From Podarcis liolepis (lineage: Eukaryota), in assembly GCA_965112155.1 (NCBI GenBank), contig OZ218099.1: DNA of 64,000 nucleotides. The stretch is one strand, 5' to 3'. The position numbers and the translations under genes are program-made. Below the pieces are notes generated by a model. It did no database searches and was not told the DNA's origin. It was given only the letters and a program-made list of their open reading frames with translations. Within the stretch, counting starts at the first letter, position 1; every line of letters begins with the position of its first letter. Positions 11,899-25,243 of this stretch are shown one piece after another.

Positions 11899-13194
11899 TA
11901 CTAGGATAAAACCCCATTCAAAACTTAGGCCAGAATCCAAAGATGCATGCAACTAATTGCATGCAGAAAATGCAGGTGTGGATTTCTGGAAAAGCAGTGT
12001 TTGGAACAGAGGAGTTACAAATACAGTTTTTTGCCTAGCATTGTTTTCTTTTGTATAACAAAAGCATCCTGAAACCCTTGGGCTTTTTGGATCCCCACCA
12101 CTTGGTTGCTTATACAGAGTTGCAACCTAGGAAAGGGAGTCATAACTTGGAGGCAGCTGTTTTGAGAATGTGCTTAATCCTGTTCCAGATTCTTTTCCTC
12201 TTATTATAAAGCTGTTAGTCCAAGCTCATTCTGCAAACAATCCAACACAATACAGTTTAGGCCATGTTTTTAGACATACCTGTATGTAAACCCGTGCAAA
12301 ATTGGACAAGAGCCTGCTAGTGCTTTTCAGCATTTCCGTTTAAAAGCATAATTGGTAGCAAAATGCTGTTTTAGTTCTGTTAGGCCAAACTTGATGTGAT
12401 GGGGCAGCCATGTTTATTTAGGAATATGTCTCACTTTCATGCCTTAATTGGGCAGACATAAAAAACAGTACATGGATGAGGGAAGCTAGGCCATCCCTTA
12501 CTTTGCCTTGTGCTCCATTGCTTCAAAACACTCTCAGCCAACTCTAATATCTGAAGTGGGGAGAAAAATGCTTACAGCAGAGGAAGTCAGCCGTGTCGGG
12601 CAAAGGAAAGAATAGCTCTCCTCACTGGCATATACTCCTAGGTGCAAAAAATAAAATAAAATAAAAATTCAAAAAGGACAGATGTTCTGCTTCATACTTG
12701 AATGCATGTAGCTGCTCCAGTCACTTATAATTTGGCCCATAGCTGACCTGCCCAGTTGATAATGTATTGATGAGTTTAAGTCTGTAATGAGAGCAGCTCC
12801 ACTGTTAAAATTTCAGGGTCTAACGATACATGAACAAGATCACTCTTGGAAAATAAACTGTGTTTATTATCTAAATAAAAGATATATCCAGTATTGCAGA
12901 TCTGTAGATTGTCACAGCAGTGGCCCTAGCCTGCATTATTTATTCTGGCAGTTCCTTCCAAAACCTGGGCACGTCACATCTGCTATAACCTGGATTATAT
13001 CTAGTGCATTTCTGACTACACTGTGTTTGATTTCAGGCTTAACTTTGAACACCAAATTGTATCAATTTTTTATGTGAGGTGTGCTGTGCTTATATATATA
13101 TAGTTGCTACTAGAATGCAAAGACTGTTTGAAGGCCCGTTTTTATGATTAAAAATAGCAGTTTATGGCACTTTTAAAATTAAGAAATTTATTAT

Positions 13195-13340
13195 GGCATA
13201 AACTTTTATGGTTCATCATCCATGAAAGCTTATTCAATAATAAACTGGTTAGCCTTTAAGGTACCACAAGCATTTTTGTTTCCAGTCTTTTTAACTGATT
13301 TTGCTGCAACAGGCTCGCATGGCTACCCATCTGGGAATTT
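13195..13340 (+). mobile_element. Old Penelope-like terminal remnant
   Basis: CCATGAAAGCTTAT...AATAAACTGGTTAGCCTTTAAGGTACCACAAG...GCATGGCTACCC resembles the other Penelope-like fragments. Confidence 0.55.
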
Positions 13341-13588
13341 ATGAGATTAGTTATCCTGGGATAATATTGTCTTTGTTTCAATTCAACATTTGTTTTGCTT
13401 GTACATCCAAGGGGGCTTGGGATTAGTCAGTGATAGGGACGTCTCATTTGTGCAGGTTTAGAATATATATGCACAGATGGTTATGAAACAACATTCATAT
13501 GCTGATAAAATTCTTGTACCACCTTGTGCTGTGGTATGTTTCTGAAATTTGTTTTGTTTTGTTTTATTAAAAAAATACCTTATTACAG

Positions 13589-13807
13589 GATGTGATGCAG
13601 CAAGCTACAAATGCTATCCTGAGGGGTGGCACCATTCAGGCTCCAACCGTATCTGCAAAGACCATTGCAGAACAACTGGCTGAGAAGATCAATGCCAAGC
13701 TGAATTACGTGCCCATAGAGAAACAAGAGGAGGAAAAACAGGAAGGCGGACAAAATGAATCTTTTAAAAGATATGAGGAAGAACTGGAGATCAATGATTT
13801 CCCACAG
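13589..13807 (+). CDS. DDX46: DDX46 exon (DVMQQATNAILRGG...YEEELEINDFPQ) ending at a GC donor
   Basis: CAG acceptor; 219 nt; donor CAG|GCAAG required to join INDFPQ to TARWKVT. Confidence 0.93.
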
Positions 13808-14613
13808 GCAAGATTTTGTGGTGGTGGATTCTTCATATTGCAATGGTGGTTGGATAGCTCAGGTCTCTAGCTGGGAATCTAGTAGACAGTTTCTTGCTAG
13901 CATAGTTTCTTAATTGCCATATCCATCCTTAATATTATCAACTGTTTAACTGCTGCTGTGCAACTATGGACTTTCTCACTAGTCAGCAGCATTTGTGGTT
14001 TAATGAAGGATTGAAACTTTCACACTGGAAAAGATATTCTTCTACTGAATAAGATTTCCTTACTTTTTGTTTTCTGACCAATATATTTTTTGTTGTCTTG
14101 AAAATTACTTTAAAAATATGTCAACTATATTCACACTTAATAATCCATTGACATTCTGCCAAATAATTTTTCTTTCCAACTCATAAAGGCACTTCAGAAG
14201 CTCACTGCAGAGACTTCATTCATGAACAAAACTACACTTCCACCAGGGTGGTTTTTAAATAAGAGATTATCTGAGGAAAGCTTGCACATATATATAGCTG
14301 TCTTCTGATAATGTTTTATATAGACTATTTCTGATACATTAAGAAGTGTTTAGCTTTTCAAAATTGTCCTGCATAGTGATGAGAGAAAAGAACTATTAAA
14401 TGGTGCTTATTGTATTTTTTATAAAATGTTATAATATATTTTTTTTAATTTTAAATATCAAAGCATTAATCACTTACACTATCTCCCCATTTCTGGTTTC
14501 CGGTCATTCTGTTATGCTATTTACTGTGAAGTCCCTTTGTTTAGAAATCCACTTAGCCTTTTTAGATTTAATACTTAGCATCTTTCCTTTTCTTTGCTTC
14601 TTTTGTTTTACAG

Positions 14614-14758
14614 ACTGCCAGGTGGAAAGTAACATCAAAGGAAGCCCTGCACAGAATAAGTGAATATTCTGAAGCTGCCATTACAATCAGAGGAACATAC
14701 TTTCCTCCAGGCAAAGAGCCCAAGGAGGGAGAACGAAAAATTTACTTGGCCATTGAGA
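14614..14758 (+). CDS. DDX46: DDX46 exon, C-terminal KH-like region (TARWKVTSKEALHRISEYSEAAITIRGTYFPPGKEPKEGERKIYLAIE)
   Basis: Long pyrimidine tract + CAG; AGA|GTGAG donor; 145 nt. Confidence 0.95.
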
Positions 14759-14919
14759 GTGAGTATTGCTAATCATTTCCACCAAAACAATATATTTAGT
14801 ACAGTCTAACAATTGTTATGGGAAAACTCCCATTACAGCCGTCTGGTGAATGTAAAATGAATGCCACATAGGGCGTGTTTTTAGCAAGCATTGCAGCTAA
14901 CTAGGCTAACAATTCTGTG

Positions 14920-15010
14920 TCCAGGGCAGCTGTTTACTAGGCTAAGACTCTATCTGCCCACAGACTCTCTTGCCAGAGTGGTGCATGCTCTAGTTATCTC
15001 TCACTTGGTT
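14920..15010 (+). mobile_element. Short L2-type LINE ORF2 fragment
   Basis: Peptide RLRLYLPTDSLARVVHALVISHL matches the L2/CR1 'R.YL...SL..VVHALV.SRLDYCN' region. Confidence 0.6.
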
Positions 15011-15916
15011 GTAGTGATTAACCACACAGTCGATTTGACACAAGCCAGTATTCAGGAGGGTACGTCTGCAAAGAGGTGTGGAAAACCAGCAATATTGAGC
15101 AGTTTCAGGAGTCAACATGGTCTGACATTTCCCTGTGTGCCCACACCAGCAGAGGGCTCACTGTTGACCAGAGTGTCCAAAATTGCTGACAAGAAGAAAT
15201 TAAAGGAGCAAGTTGAACAATAGTAGCTTTTACATTTTTAAATACTGCCATCTGGACTTCCCATTGGTTCACCTGGAGATGAAGGACAATGGATGTGTGT
15301 TCCGGTTACAGTGGTTACTGTGAAGGTGCATGGAGTTCAAACAAGCTGCCAGCTCATTACAAGCCACCTTTCCCATCAACCAGCCAGCGACTTGACCTTC
15401 TAAAGATATTTGCAATGATTTGTCAAAAGCAAGGGGAAGTGCAGGGCTTCTAGTGGTGGCATTTTTAAGCTGGAGCAAAACAGGTACCCAGTCTTGACCA
15501 GGGTAACACACCAGAGTAGATTCAGGTTTGTCCTCCCCAACCGGAAATGCCCATACAGTAGCAGGATGAAATGTCAGTGGTAGACAGGGCCTGTTCCCTG
15601 TATTTCTCTCAACTAAAGGGGGGTGAGCACACTCCACTGCATTGTTCTAGTTCTAAGACCAACACCAGACACTCCTGGCAGCCTCAGTTATTGGAGCAGG
15701 AATCTTCCATATTGTCAGATGTTTCCATGTGATGGGGAGGGGAGCCACATTAGGGCCAGCTCCAATAAATTAAAAGCTCTTAAGGCATATACAAATTTGT
15801 ATCACATCTTGCATGTACAGGTCATCTCAGCAAATAGGGCTCTTGGGATGCAGCAGGTAATTGCCTCTGCACACCAGCCACCATTTTACTTTTGGCTCCA
15901 GCTAGGAGGATGGTAA

Positions 15917-16149
15917 GGGACACGAGTGGCGCTGTGATCTAAACCACTGAGCCTTGGGCTTGCCGATCAGAAGATTGGCAGTTTGAATCCCCACAACTGA
16001 GTGAACTCCCGTTGCTCGGTCACATGACCTGGAAAAACTGTGGACAAACGTCGGCTCCCTCAGCCAGTAAAGCGAGATGAGCGCTGCAACCCCAGAGTCG
16101 TTCACAACTAGACTTAACTGTCAGGGGTCCTTTACCTTTTTGGTTTTTT
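15917..16149 (+). mobile_element. Sauria SINE with an internal deletion, 14-bp TSD TAGGAGGATGGTAA
   Basis: TSD at 15903-15916 and 16150-16163; head and tail align to 5804-6152. Confidence 0.9.
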
Positions 16150-16922
16150 TAGGAGGATGGTAAAAAAGATTCTACAAGCCTCTTTTCCTACCTCTTATCT
16201 AACCACCGTCACCATAAGACGCTGCCAGTGTAACTTCAGGATGTTGAATTCTTAGTTACAGGCACATCTCACTCTTTTCTTTGGGGGCATTTGCAGCCCA
16301 TCATCGAGTAGGCCTCCTTTCAGATCACCACCCACAGGGCTGGAAAAAGTGAGTCGAGTCCCACCATCAATCACAAAATGCACATACTGATCAGAGTTAT
16401 ACAAGATAGAGCTGATAATTTGAAGGAAGTGAAGAGCAGGGTTTCCTTTATTTAATCAAAGTGTGCAGGCAGTTTCATATGGGAAGCCACTGTTTGAGAC
16501 CTAAACTATTTTAATGGCTTTTAAATTTGGTGTAATGTTATAGAAAGAGAGGAGTGTATCACTTCTACATAGCTATTCAGACATACAAAACTCACTAAAT
16601 ATGTAACCCTGGCAAGCACGTTCCCATACGTATATCCTTGTTATTAATTTTGGTGGGAACTCCATGCAAACCCCATGGATTTAAGGCGACATGAGGGTGC
16701 TTGTTCCATTGTTCAATAATTTCTTCTTTCTGTTTTTGCTGAATTTCTTGGTAATGTGAATATGTGCAGAAAGCACATTTTGAAACTTAATGTAGGTTTA
16801 ATGTCACAATATACAAATTATTGGATTACTGAAGCACTTTCATGGTTACCAGCACAATGTGATTCTTCTGTTGGCATGCTTCATCCTTGATGATTTAATT
16901 TTTGTTTATTTTCTGCTTTCAG

Positions 16923-16996
16923 GTGCCAATGAATTGGCTGTGCAGAAAGCAAAGGCAGAAATCACCAGGCTTATCAAAGAAGAGCTTATCAGACTG
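16923..16996 (+). CDS. DDX46: DDX46 penultimate exon (SANELAVQKAKAEITRLIKEELIRL)
   Basis: CAG acceptor, CTG|GTAGG donor; 74 nt restores the frame. Confidence 0.95.
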
Positions 16997-18637
16997 GTAG
17001 GTGAAATAGTCATAATTTTTGTCTGAAATTCCAGGTATTTCATAGCAGTTATCAGCAGTGGGGAGCAGCTCACCCACGGGCTTAATTAGGCCTTTCAGGC
17101 TTCTCCTTTTGACATGTGGCATGAGTTTGGTCTAAACCACGCCCACCTCTCCGACACCTGACATCGTGTGACAGCAGGTGAGGGGCAGGTAAATTCACAT
17201 GGCTAAAATGTAAAGGAATAAATAGGAGAGCAGCCAATTCATCCTTTCCAGCCACTGATAGAATTTGGCACTTTGGTATCTTTTTCTGTTGCCCTGCCAA
17301 ATTAAAAAAAGCACCAGATTAAAGGAAGAATCGGGAATGCATTTCTTCTTTTGCAGCAACAACTTGAATTCTGGGGTTTTCCTTTTGATCTTAGAAGTGT
17401 ATTAAGCTAGAGCTGCAAAGGAAAAATCAGGAGCATGCTTAGAGATTCAAAGGAAAATCACCTGATGCCGTATGACAGGTGGGCAGCCCCACCCATGTGT
17501 AGAAACTGCTCAAGGAGCATGAAGGAATTCTGGATTAGCCAGATGCAGTTTGCCACTTGTGCTATAATTCCGCAATACTATCTGGACAGATTAATCCTAC
17601 GAAGTTCATGGAGGGCAGGGGAGACTCAGGGGTGAAGTAGCCTCCACTTCCAAAGCCCTACCAGGTTTATGCCAGACAGGGCAAAATATAGTTGTGTGGG
17701 TGGCTTCTTACCTAATCCTCCCTCTTTTTTCCTCACCAATTCCTTTGTTTGAAAAACCCTCCCATTGTTTCCAGTGGGAGGGGACATAACCTATACCAGC
17801 TCCAGAACTGGTATAGTTACTCCTGCGTTCTCGAGGCATTTCTGGGAAATGGAGGAGCTTTGGATCCAGGAGAGCCAGTGCCTCCCCCAATCTGCCCTGA
17901 CATGCTCCTGTAATGACTCGCTTTGTTTTACTGCCTTCTGAGCAGAGGACAAATAAGCTGTGGCACAGGACTTTGTGCTGCTGAACCAGTGAGGCCTCTG
18001 AGCATGGTCCTCCCTTTCTAGTCATGGAGAGGAAGGTTCAAGTTATTCAGCAGCCTCCCAGGCGCCCTCCACAGAAGCATAGGGTTGCTTCCTTAAGCTA
18101 TTTATACTTAATACCTCAAATCCAGAAATACTGGACCAGTCAGCCCCCCAGTGTTCTTGCTAGTCTGTTATAGCAACAGATAGAGACAGAATACTGTGAG
18201 GATTTTGCTATTAGAGACATCTCTCCAAGGGGTTAACAAACATATCCTTGTACATTAAAAAAATTAAGAGAGTTGCATATGTGCTTCTTTGGAAACATCT
18301 CTTACCTTTCCATAGAAGACAACTGATTTATTTCCCTTTGTAAATTGAAGCTTTCTTTTTTTTCAAAACCAATGTTAATAATTTTCTGCTCTGTATCGTG
18401 TTTCTTTTGGATTCGGATTTGGGATTCTTTGTTTATTCCATGGTGAGCTGACTTCAGACACTTAAGCTCACAATCAAATGCTTTATTGAGCTTTCCATTA
18501 TGTGTTTCCTTGCCCTTAGACACTCTTGTTTTGCTACACTGTAATATACTTTTGTTACTGTTTTTATAGTTGAGTTGGCTTAGAAAGTATGCTAACTACA
18601 TGTCTGATTAATCGTATACTGCTTTCTTCTCTTACAG

Positions 18638-18685
18638 CAAAATTCATACCAACCAACCAACAAAGGAAGATACAAAGTTTTATAA
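18638..18685 (+). CDS. DDX46: DDX46 terminal coding segment (QNSYQPTNKGRYKVL*)
   Basis: CAG acceptor ending 18637; TAA at 18683-18685; GRYKVL C-terminus typical of DDX46; the 12 exons sum to 1635 nt = 544 aa + stop. Confidence 0.95.
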   Translation, partial: QNSYQPTNKGRYKVL

Positions 18686-20245
18686 ATATTTGGAGTAAAT
18701 ATGTCTGCCAGTTTTCATTTGTGAAACTTGTCGTTTCTGTTTATCTTTGCTATTTACACTGCTTATTGTAAATTACATTTTTTAATGTAGTCATGCTGGA
18801 TTTTTTTAAAGATCAAAATTACTTTTGTCAGGGGGTCCTTTTCTGCGCAGTTTACAACAGTTTCAGGAGGGCATAATTAAAGTTTTTTTAAAAAAATTGT
18901 GTGCTTCTAAGTATACGGAATAAAGTCAGTTACAACTTTTATGGACAACTAGTATAAGCTCAGCTTGAAAAATCTTAAACAGGGGGTGGTAGTTGAACTT
19001 CAACAAAGGTTGAAGTTTCCCACCTCGCATAGAAAAAACCTCCCTTGCCCATCTTCCTCCCATTCCAAGATAGATCAGTGAGAGGCATGTGAACTTCTAG
19101 AACCATATAAATGGCCTGGAAATTGTGAGTACTTAAACTCTTAATGGACTTCGATGCATAAGGATAACAAAAGTAGTGTCTGTATATTTTCCTGCAAAAT
19201 GAGAAATTTGGAAGATTTAAATAAGTTTTCTATACATGTCTGGTTTTAGGAATTAGCAAAAAAAGTGTGTTTTTTTTTAAATTGAACTTATTATTTAATG
19301 AGAGAAATCGTACTTCCATTACATGAGAAATCTTTTCCATAAGGGAAGTACAGAATTAGTCAAGCTTATTGTGAATGTGTGTGTATATATATTCTTTAAT
19401 TATTCCCCCCCATTTTTCTGTGTCGGCATATGAGAAAATAGTTTGTCAATCACCTCCAATGTTGGTAGCTATTGTATCAGAATATGGTAGCCTACTTGAG
19501 ACAGTCTCTGACCTGTAGACACTTAACTGAGAACTTAGTCTAACTCTGCCTGGTTCCAAAGCTGTTCTGTTTTCCACTTCTTATCACATTAACATTTATG
19601 AGAGAACTTTTCTCAAAATCTTGTAATTTTGCCTTTATTATTGCGTCACTGTGTAAACAATGGCAATAATAATTGGAGCTGAAAATTTGTTCAGTTTTGA
19701 AATGTCTGTCTTGTAGAAGAGTGTGATGCTATGGGGCAAAATCTAATTTTAATATGTAAAATGTACATTGATCTAAATAAATCAGGCTCTAAATTTAATA
19801 AACTGGAACACCAAAACAAGCTCATGTGTTTTTCAAAGCATGAATTGCCTTTAACTGTGTTGGACTTCCCAAAATATTTTGCCAGATTAATGACATGTGT
19901 TGTACTGATTTTATGCTTCACTTTTCAACAGCTTTGACTTGCCATGTGGTAGGACTGTAGCTGTTTTGTTTTTAAAAGAAAATCTAAAACACTTTCACTG
20001 GGCTGTAAGAATTCATGGGAAGGTGAGGAGATTAGCAGGGGCACGATTGTGCTGTTAAATACTTTGCAATGGGAACTACTTTGAGAAGCCATGGTATTGG
20101 AAACATTTCATTTGAGAAGATACTTAATTCTTTCTATACCTGTCATTTTCAGTTTTAGAATGAATACAAGGTCTTTGTAAAGAAAATTTCATTATATGTG
20201 TGTTTTCTAACTTCCTCATAAAATAAAATAAAACGTCATTGTGTA
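18686..20245 (+). other. DDX46: DDX46 3'UTR with candidate poly(A) signals AATAAA at 18919-18924 (proximal) and 20222-20232 (tandem, distal)
   Basis: Repeat-poor AU-rich stretch after the stop; hexamers seen; the true end is inferred. Confidence 0.55.
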
Positions 20246-21959
20246 TTCCTTTTCTGAAAATATTGAATAGCTAAGGTTTTTTCCTTACTTGGCTCAGACT
20301 TGGTATTTCACTCCAGCAGTTCAGCTACATTTTTAAAAGGAAGGTTAAATGTCAGGAGCTGTCTGTGATAAGCAACAGGTCACAAGAACTACAGTTTCAA
20401 ATCTAGAAACATTGAAATGCTTTAAAACTAAGGTTGAATTTTTCTCATCTAGATCTGAGCTTATTTTGGTTTGAGACGTGGATGTTTTCTTGAGTCAGCC
20501 AGCTTCTGCTAAAAGAAAAGTACGTGCATATTTGTAGACATAGTGGGTGCTATGCCAAATATAGGAGGTGTTTTTGTCAGTACATACACATTTGCTACCT
20601 CTGTGGAAATTGACATAGAAAGTGATACGCTGGATCAGACAAAAAGTCCATCCTGTTTCCCACTGGAAATCTTTGAAGTCTGCTTTGACTTTTAGCATCC
20701 TGAATAATACCATATCATCTGCTTACTAAACTACTTTATGCAACACTTCCTTTTACGTGTATAATTTGTACAAAGTTTGTAGGCTGTTAACTGTTTTGAT
20801 ATTTTATTCTTTAAAATGTGTAGTGTTACAGAATTGAAATTAATAATAATGAAGCTATGCATAAAAATGAAATACTTTTTGACAACTTGATTTTTAGGTA
20901 TTGATGAGCCATCAACTTGTAAGCTTGCTTTTGCTTTGCTCCCCATATATTCTCTCTTTCTTCTTCCTTGGATTCTTCATAATCTGTTCAACTTGTCCCT
21001 CTAGCTATGTTTCCTGCTTGTTTCTGCTTTTTATATTGGGTAATTCTTTTTATATTGGCTAATTCTTTTCATATTCTACTTACATTTCTTCTGTTAACAT
21101 TTAAATGCCTTCATTCTTGCAGCACACTCTTCGCTCCTGTAATGTCCACAGGATTATATCCTCCATATCCTGAGCTTGCCTCTTCTTGCTTGCTGCTCCC
21201 TATCATTGGAATTCTTTACCACCTGACATCTGGCTGGCTCCTTCCTTTTATTTGTTTATAATATTTTTATCTGCTGAGCCTGTTTCCGGTTTTAAGCTTT
21301 TTTATTTTTATATATCAGTGTTTTTTATTGTAAGCTTAACTGATACTGATGTATGAGAAGGGTGGGGTACAAGTATTTAAAAATAACAGTTCCTGATTTA
21401 AAAAATGTGCCTCTCTTCTAACTGATGTGCAACTTCTAACTGTTCTCAAACATCTACCCCTTTCCTTTCACTTCCCTCCCCTGCTGTGTCTTGCCTATGA
21501 TTTAAGCTCTGATGGCAAAACCTTTTGTCATCTTATGTAATGTATTTAGTCTTGAAAGATGCTTTGCAAATCTTATACCACTTGCAACTTGCTATCATCT
21601 GTTGGTAACATTTTATGTTAACATAATGGGGAGAGTGTTCCTGCGTGTGCATGCACGTTTATTTAATATATTTCTACCCCGCCTTTTAGGGCACGTTTAT
21701 TTGCTTGCTTTTCCAGTCACATGACTGAAAAGGAATGTGCTGCTCCTATGATTATTTTTCTTGACCAAGATCTCTTCCAAATATGGTATCTGCTTAAACA
21801 AGTTTGTGTTCTTAAAGGCTAGAATAGAAGAAATTCTGCCTTCTACTTAACCCTGGTTTAGGACAGGAAAAATGCATTTTTGCTCAGCACTCTTGACTGA
21901 AAAATGTAAAGTCCATAGATCAACCTTAAAATTATTTTTTAAACTGTTTAAAGATAAGT

Positions 21960-22046
21960 TACTGTGCAGTCCTGTATTTATCTAGTCAGAAGTAAGTCCC
22001 AATGGGACTTATTCCTGGGGAAGGGAGTGCAGGATTGCAGCCTTAA
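21960..22046. repeat. Short hairpin repeat family (GCAATCCTAT...GTAAGTCCCA...TGGGACTTAC...TAGGATTGCAGCC); further decayed copies at ~25690-25780, ~26705-26790, ~29395-29460, ~30665-30730, ~58890-58973, ~59870-59960
   Basis: Recurrent ~85-bp imperfect palindrome; probably an old non-autonomous DNA transposon; superfamily not determined. Confidence 0.65.
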
Positions 22047-25000
22047 TTTTAGGGTTTAGTAACTTCTTTGTTTAGAAAGCATGCTTTAAAATAAATTACT
22101 ACTGTGAAGGTAGCTATTGATCAATATAGAGGAAATCATAGGGGTGCAGGGAAAGGACATGACTGCCTGCTCTGGGAATCAGAAAAAATAGTTTGCAATT
22201 TGCAAGGCTAAGGATTGATGGTGTCTTCTGCATATGCACACACTACTCATTTTTTGTTATGTTGAGTTTCTTTACGCAGGTTAGAGAGGACTGTAATTCA
22301 GTGATATATAAATAAAATATCTACTTTTCCTACCACTGACTGAAAAAGATTAACCCCCTCCACCTCTACATTGGAGGAGTAGTAAAAGGAAGAAGAGGTT
22401 CAGTCAGAAAAACTATTCAAGCTACATAAAGCTGTATATGGAGAAAAAGCCATTCTTTAAGGGATGTCTTCTATGTCTTACAAATATGACTTGATGTGAT
22501 GTCTGCTTTTTTGCTGCAGACTTCTAGGGAGGCCACAGATAAGATTAAAATCAGTGAGGCAGAAATAAGTCTCATACATAATTAACAAAATCATTATGGA
22601 GCACAAAAGCTGGTTTGACTGAAAAGGTTTCTGTGCTACTTCTTTCTGCTACTTAGTGTTCCGTAAACATGCAAAAACTCATACTACTGTTACTTCAGCC
22701 CTTTCTAATTCTTCCCGAGATCAAGGCTTTGGTTTGAGGTAAGATAAATTACTCATTTCTGCAGCTGCTTTTATTCCAAAGGTCTGGAATATTTTTAACA
22801 ATCCTATCTCAGCTAGAGAACAAAAGCCATCACATAACCCAAGAGGGGAAGGTCATGTCCATTTTTTAAAAAGCCACATTCTTGTTGAAAAGCACAGCCA
22901 AACAGCCTATTTAGTCTGGTAGAAAATATGGGTTTCCTGAGGAAATTCTGTGGTGTGTCTATAATAATACAGACCTCTTGTGGTGAAAATATTACACGTG
23001 CGTGTAGGCAGCATCTGCTGAACCCAAGATTTAAAGGGCACCTTGTTTCTCAGGCTACCTCATTCTGTTTGCCCTGGCATATAATTCTAACACATTTACC
23101 AACCTTGCTCTTTACAGGGTATTTTATTTTCCAACATGTTCATGCAAGGAGTGGGAGAGTTAGTGGTAGTGTGCAAGCAGATGTAATGTAACAGCACCTA
23201 AAAAACTAAGCACAACTCTCCTACAGGCCTAAGCCCCCTCTGAATTTGGCTGTGCTATATGAAGAATGGTGCTCCTGATAGCAGAATATATGTGCTAGTA
23301 GGCTGCCACAATTGGATGTCACCCAACTACTTTGGCTTTCACCCACTACTGTAATGAATACATTATAGAGATGTAAGGAAGTGATTTAAAGTACAGAATG
23401 TGCATTTTCATGTATTGATAGAGTGCTGTGGTACATGGTTTTTTTAAGCATATCAACCTGATATTACATAAACTTTCCACAGTAGTTTGTTTATCATTCA
23501 ATATCCTTAGCTTTCCCTTGTATCAGAAACCTGAGCCAGAGCAGCAGGAGGACATCATGTTTGCTTTCCACTGTGTCAATGTTTGAGGTCCACCAGCCCA
23601 TCAATGGAACAGTTCTTAAGTATACTGGAATTCATTCGTTTCCCAAAATTCAGAAGGACACCCAACCTAGTTGGTCTACCACTGTGGCAGCAGTACAGAA
23701 GATGGTGATCTGACCACACAGCTAACATTGTATATATATTTATAATGTATATATTTTTACACCTGCCAACTTGGGGTAATTTTCCATTCATCTGCTGAAG
23801 TAGGCTCTAGTCCATGAAAGCGACTATAATTAATTGCTTAGTCTTTAAAGTTGCAGCAACACTGCTGTTTTTGCTGCAACAGTTTATTACCTCTTTGGAA
23901 ACGCATGGCAGTAATTCATTAAGTAATAATCTGACATGATAGATGCCTTCTTGCCAATCCCAGTAATTCCAGGTGAAAATATAATCCAGTTTAAATAGAA
24001 ATACAGGCAACTCATTCCTAAGAATATGTTCTAACTAGCACTGAACAATGAGTGGTAATTCAACCCTAGTATTCCCCAGTGCAGTAATGCTGTGGGCTGT
24101 TATGTGAAATGTGAAGCAGAGTCCCTTAGTCCTAGGAGGAAGGTAGCAGACGTGGTTTAACGATTCTGCTGCTGAGGGGGGCAGGGAACTAGACGCGGAT
24201 AAGAGGGGGAAAATATGAAGTGGCACGGTTGGTGCTTGCCTTAATTATGAGAGGAGACGATTCTACAGAGATGGTGCCACAACAGAAAAGGCTCTCATTC
24301 TGCTTGTCATCTCTCTAGGCTGCTGCACAACCAGGAAGGTCTCATCAGCAGACCTTAATGACAGCTCAGGCCAACACATAACAAAGCACTCCCTTAGGTA
24401 GCCAGATTTCAGGTTGTTTAAGGGTTCACATGTTTTTGTTAGATGTTACAAGGAAATAGCACTCATATGAGGGTGGGGCATCAGTTTTGTCTTTTACAAT
24501 TGTTTGGTCCTTAGACTAGACAAAATTATGTGCTAGTCTGGTAGCTCACAGAATCTAGTTACTAGAGATGCAAGCTAATAGTTTTCAGTGGGGTTTGCCT
24601 GCAACCAACTATGGCCATCCTATGAGTTTATAAATCACACTGAAATTCCATTAATGTAAACATGCATTTATGTGGATACATTTGTACATCAATGTGGTGG
24701 CAGAGGAGTTTACACTATTGTAACACAAAAGTAGGACCTGCTTTAACTGAAGGAAGAATGAATATGTTGTCAACAAGAATAACTGATGTTTGTACCACCA
24801 TGAATATGTGCAGATAAATTATGAAGGTTTATGTTTCCGTAATCCTTGGTTTTAATATTGGGATGAAGGGTCCAGCATTCACGGATTCTGTGCTTCAGCT
24901 CATATTCTAAAAGGAGACCATTTTATAGCAAGCCTTTCTAAGGAAAGAGACAGCAAGGGAACTGCACTCTGGCTCCATTCCGCTTGCAAGCGTTATGAAG

Positions 25001-25200
25001 AGTGCAGTAGATTAATATTTAATTGTTTATTTGCTGCTGCAAAGACTCTGCTGCCTCATGCTGCATGTACCCAGCTACTTATGGGTAATGTGTGGCAGCA
25101 GGGTAGCAGCTGTCTTCCCTGTTCAAAATAACAAGGTTTTGTGTTTTTTTAATCCACACAATGTCTTCCTTAAAAATAGTCTTTAAATCTAATGCTTATT

Positions 25201-25203
<3 letters not shown>

Positions 25204-25236
<33 letters not shown>

Positions 25237-25243
25237 TGTGTGT
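25204..25243. repeat. (TG)n microsatellite, interrupted
   Basis: Direct reading. Confidence 0.95.
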
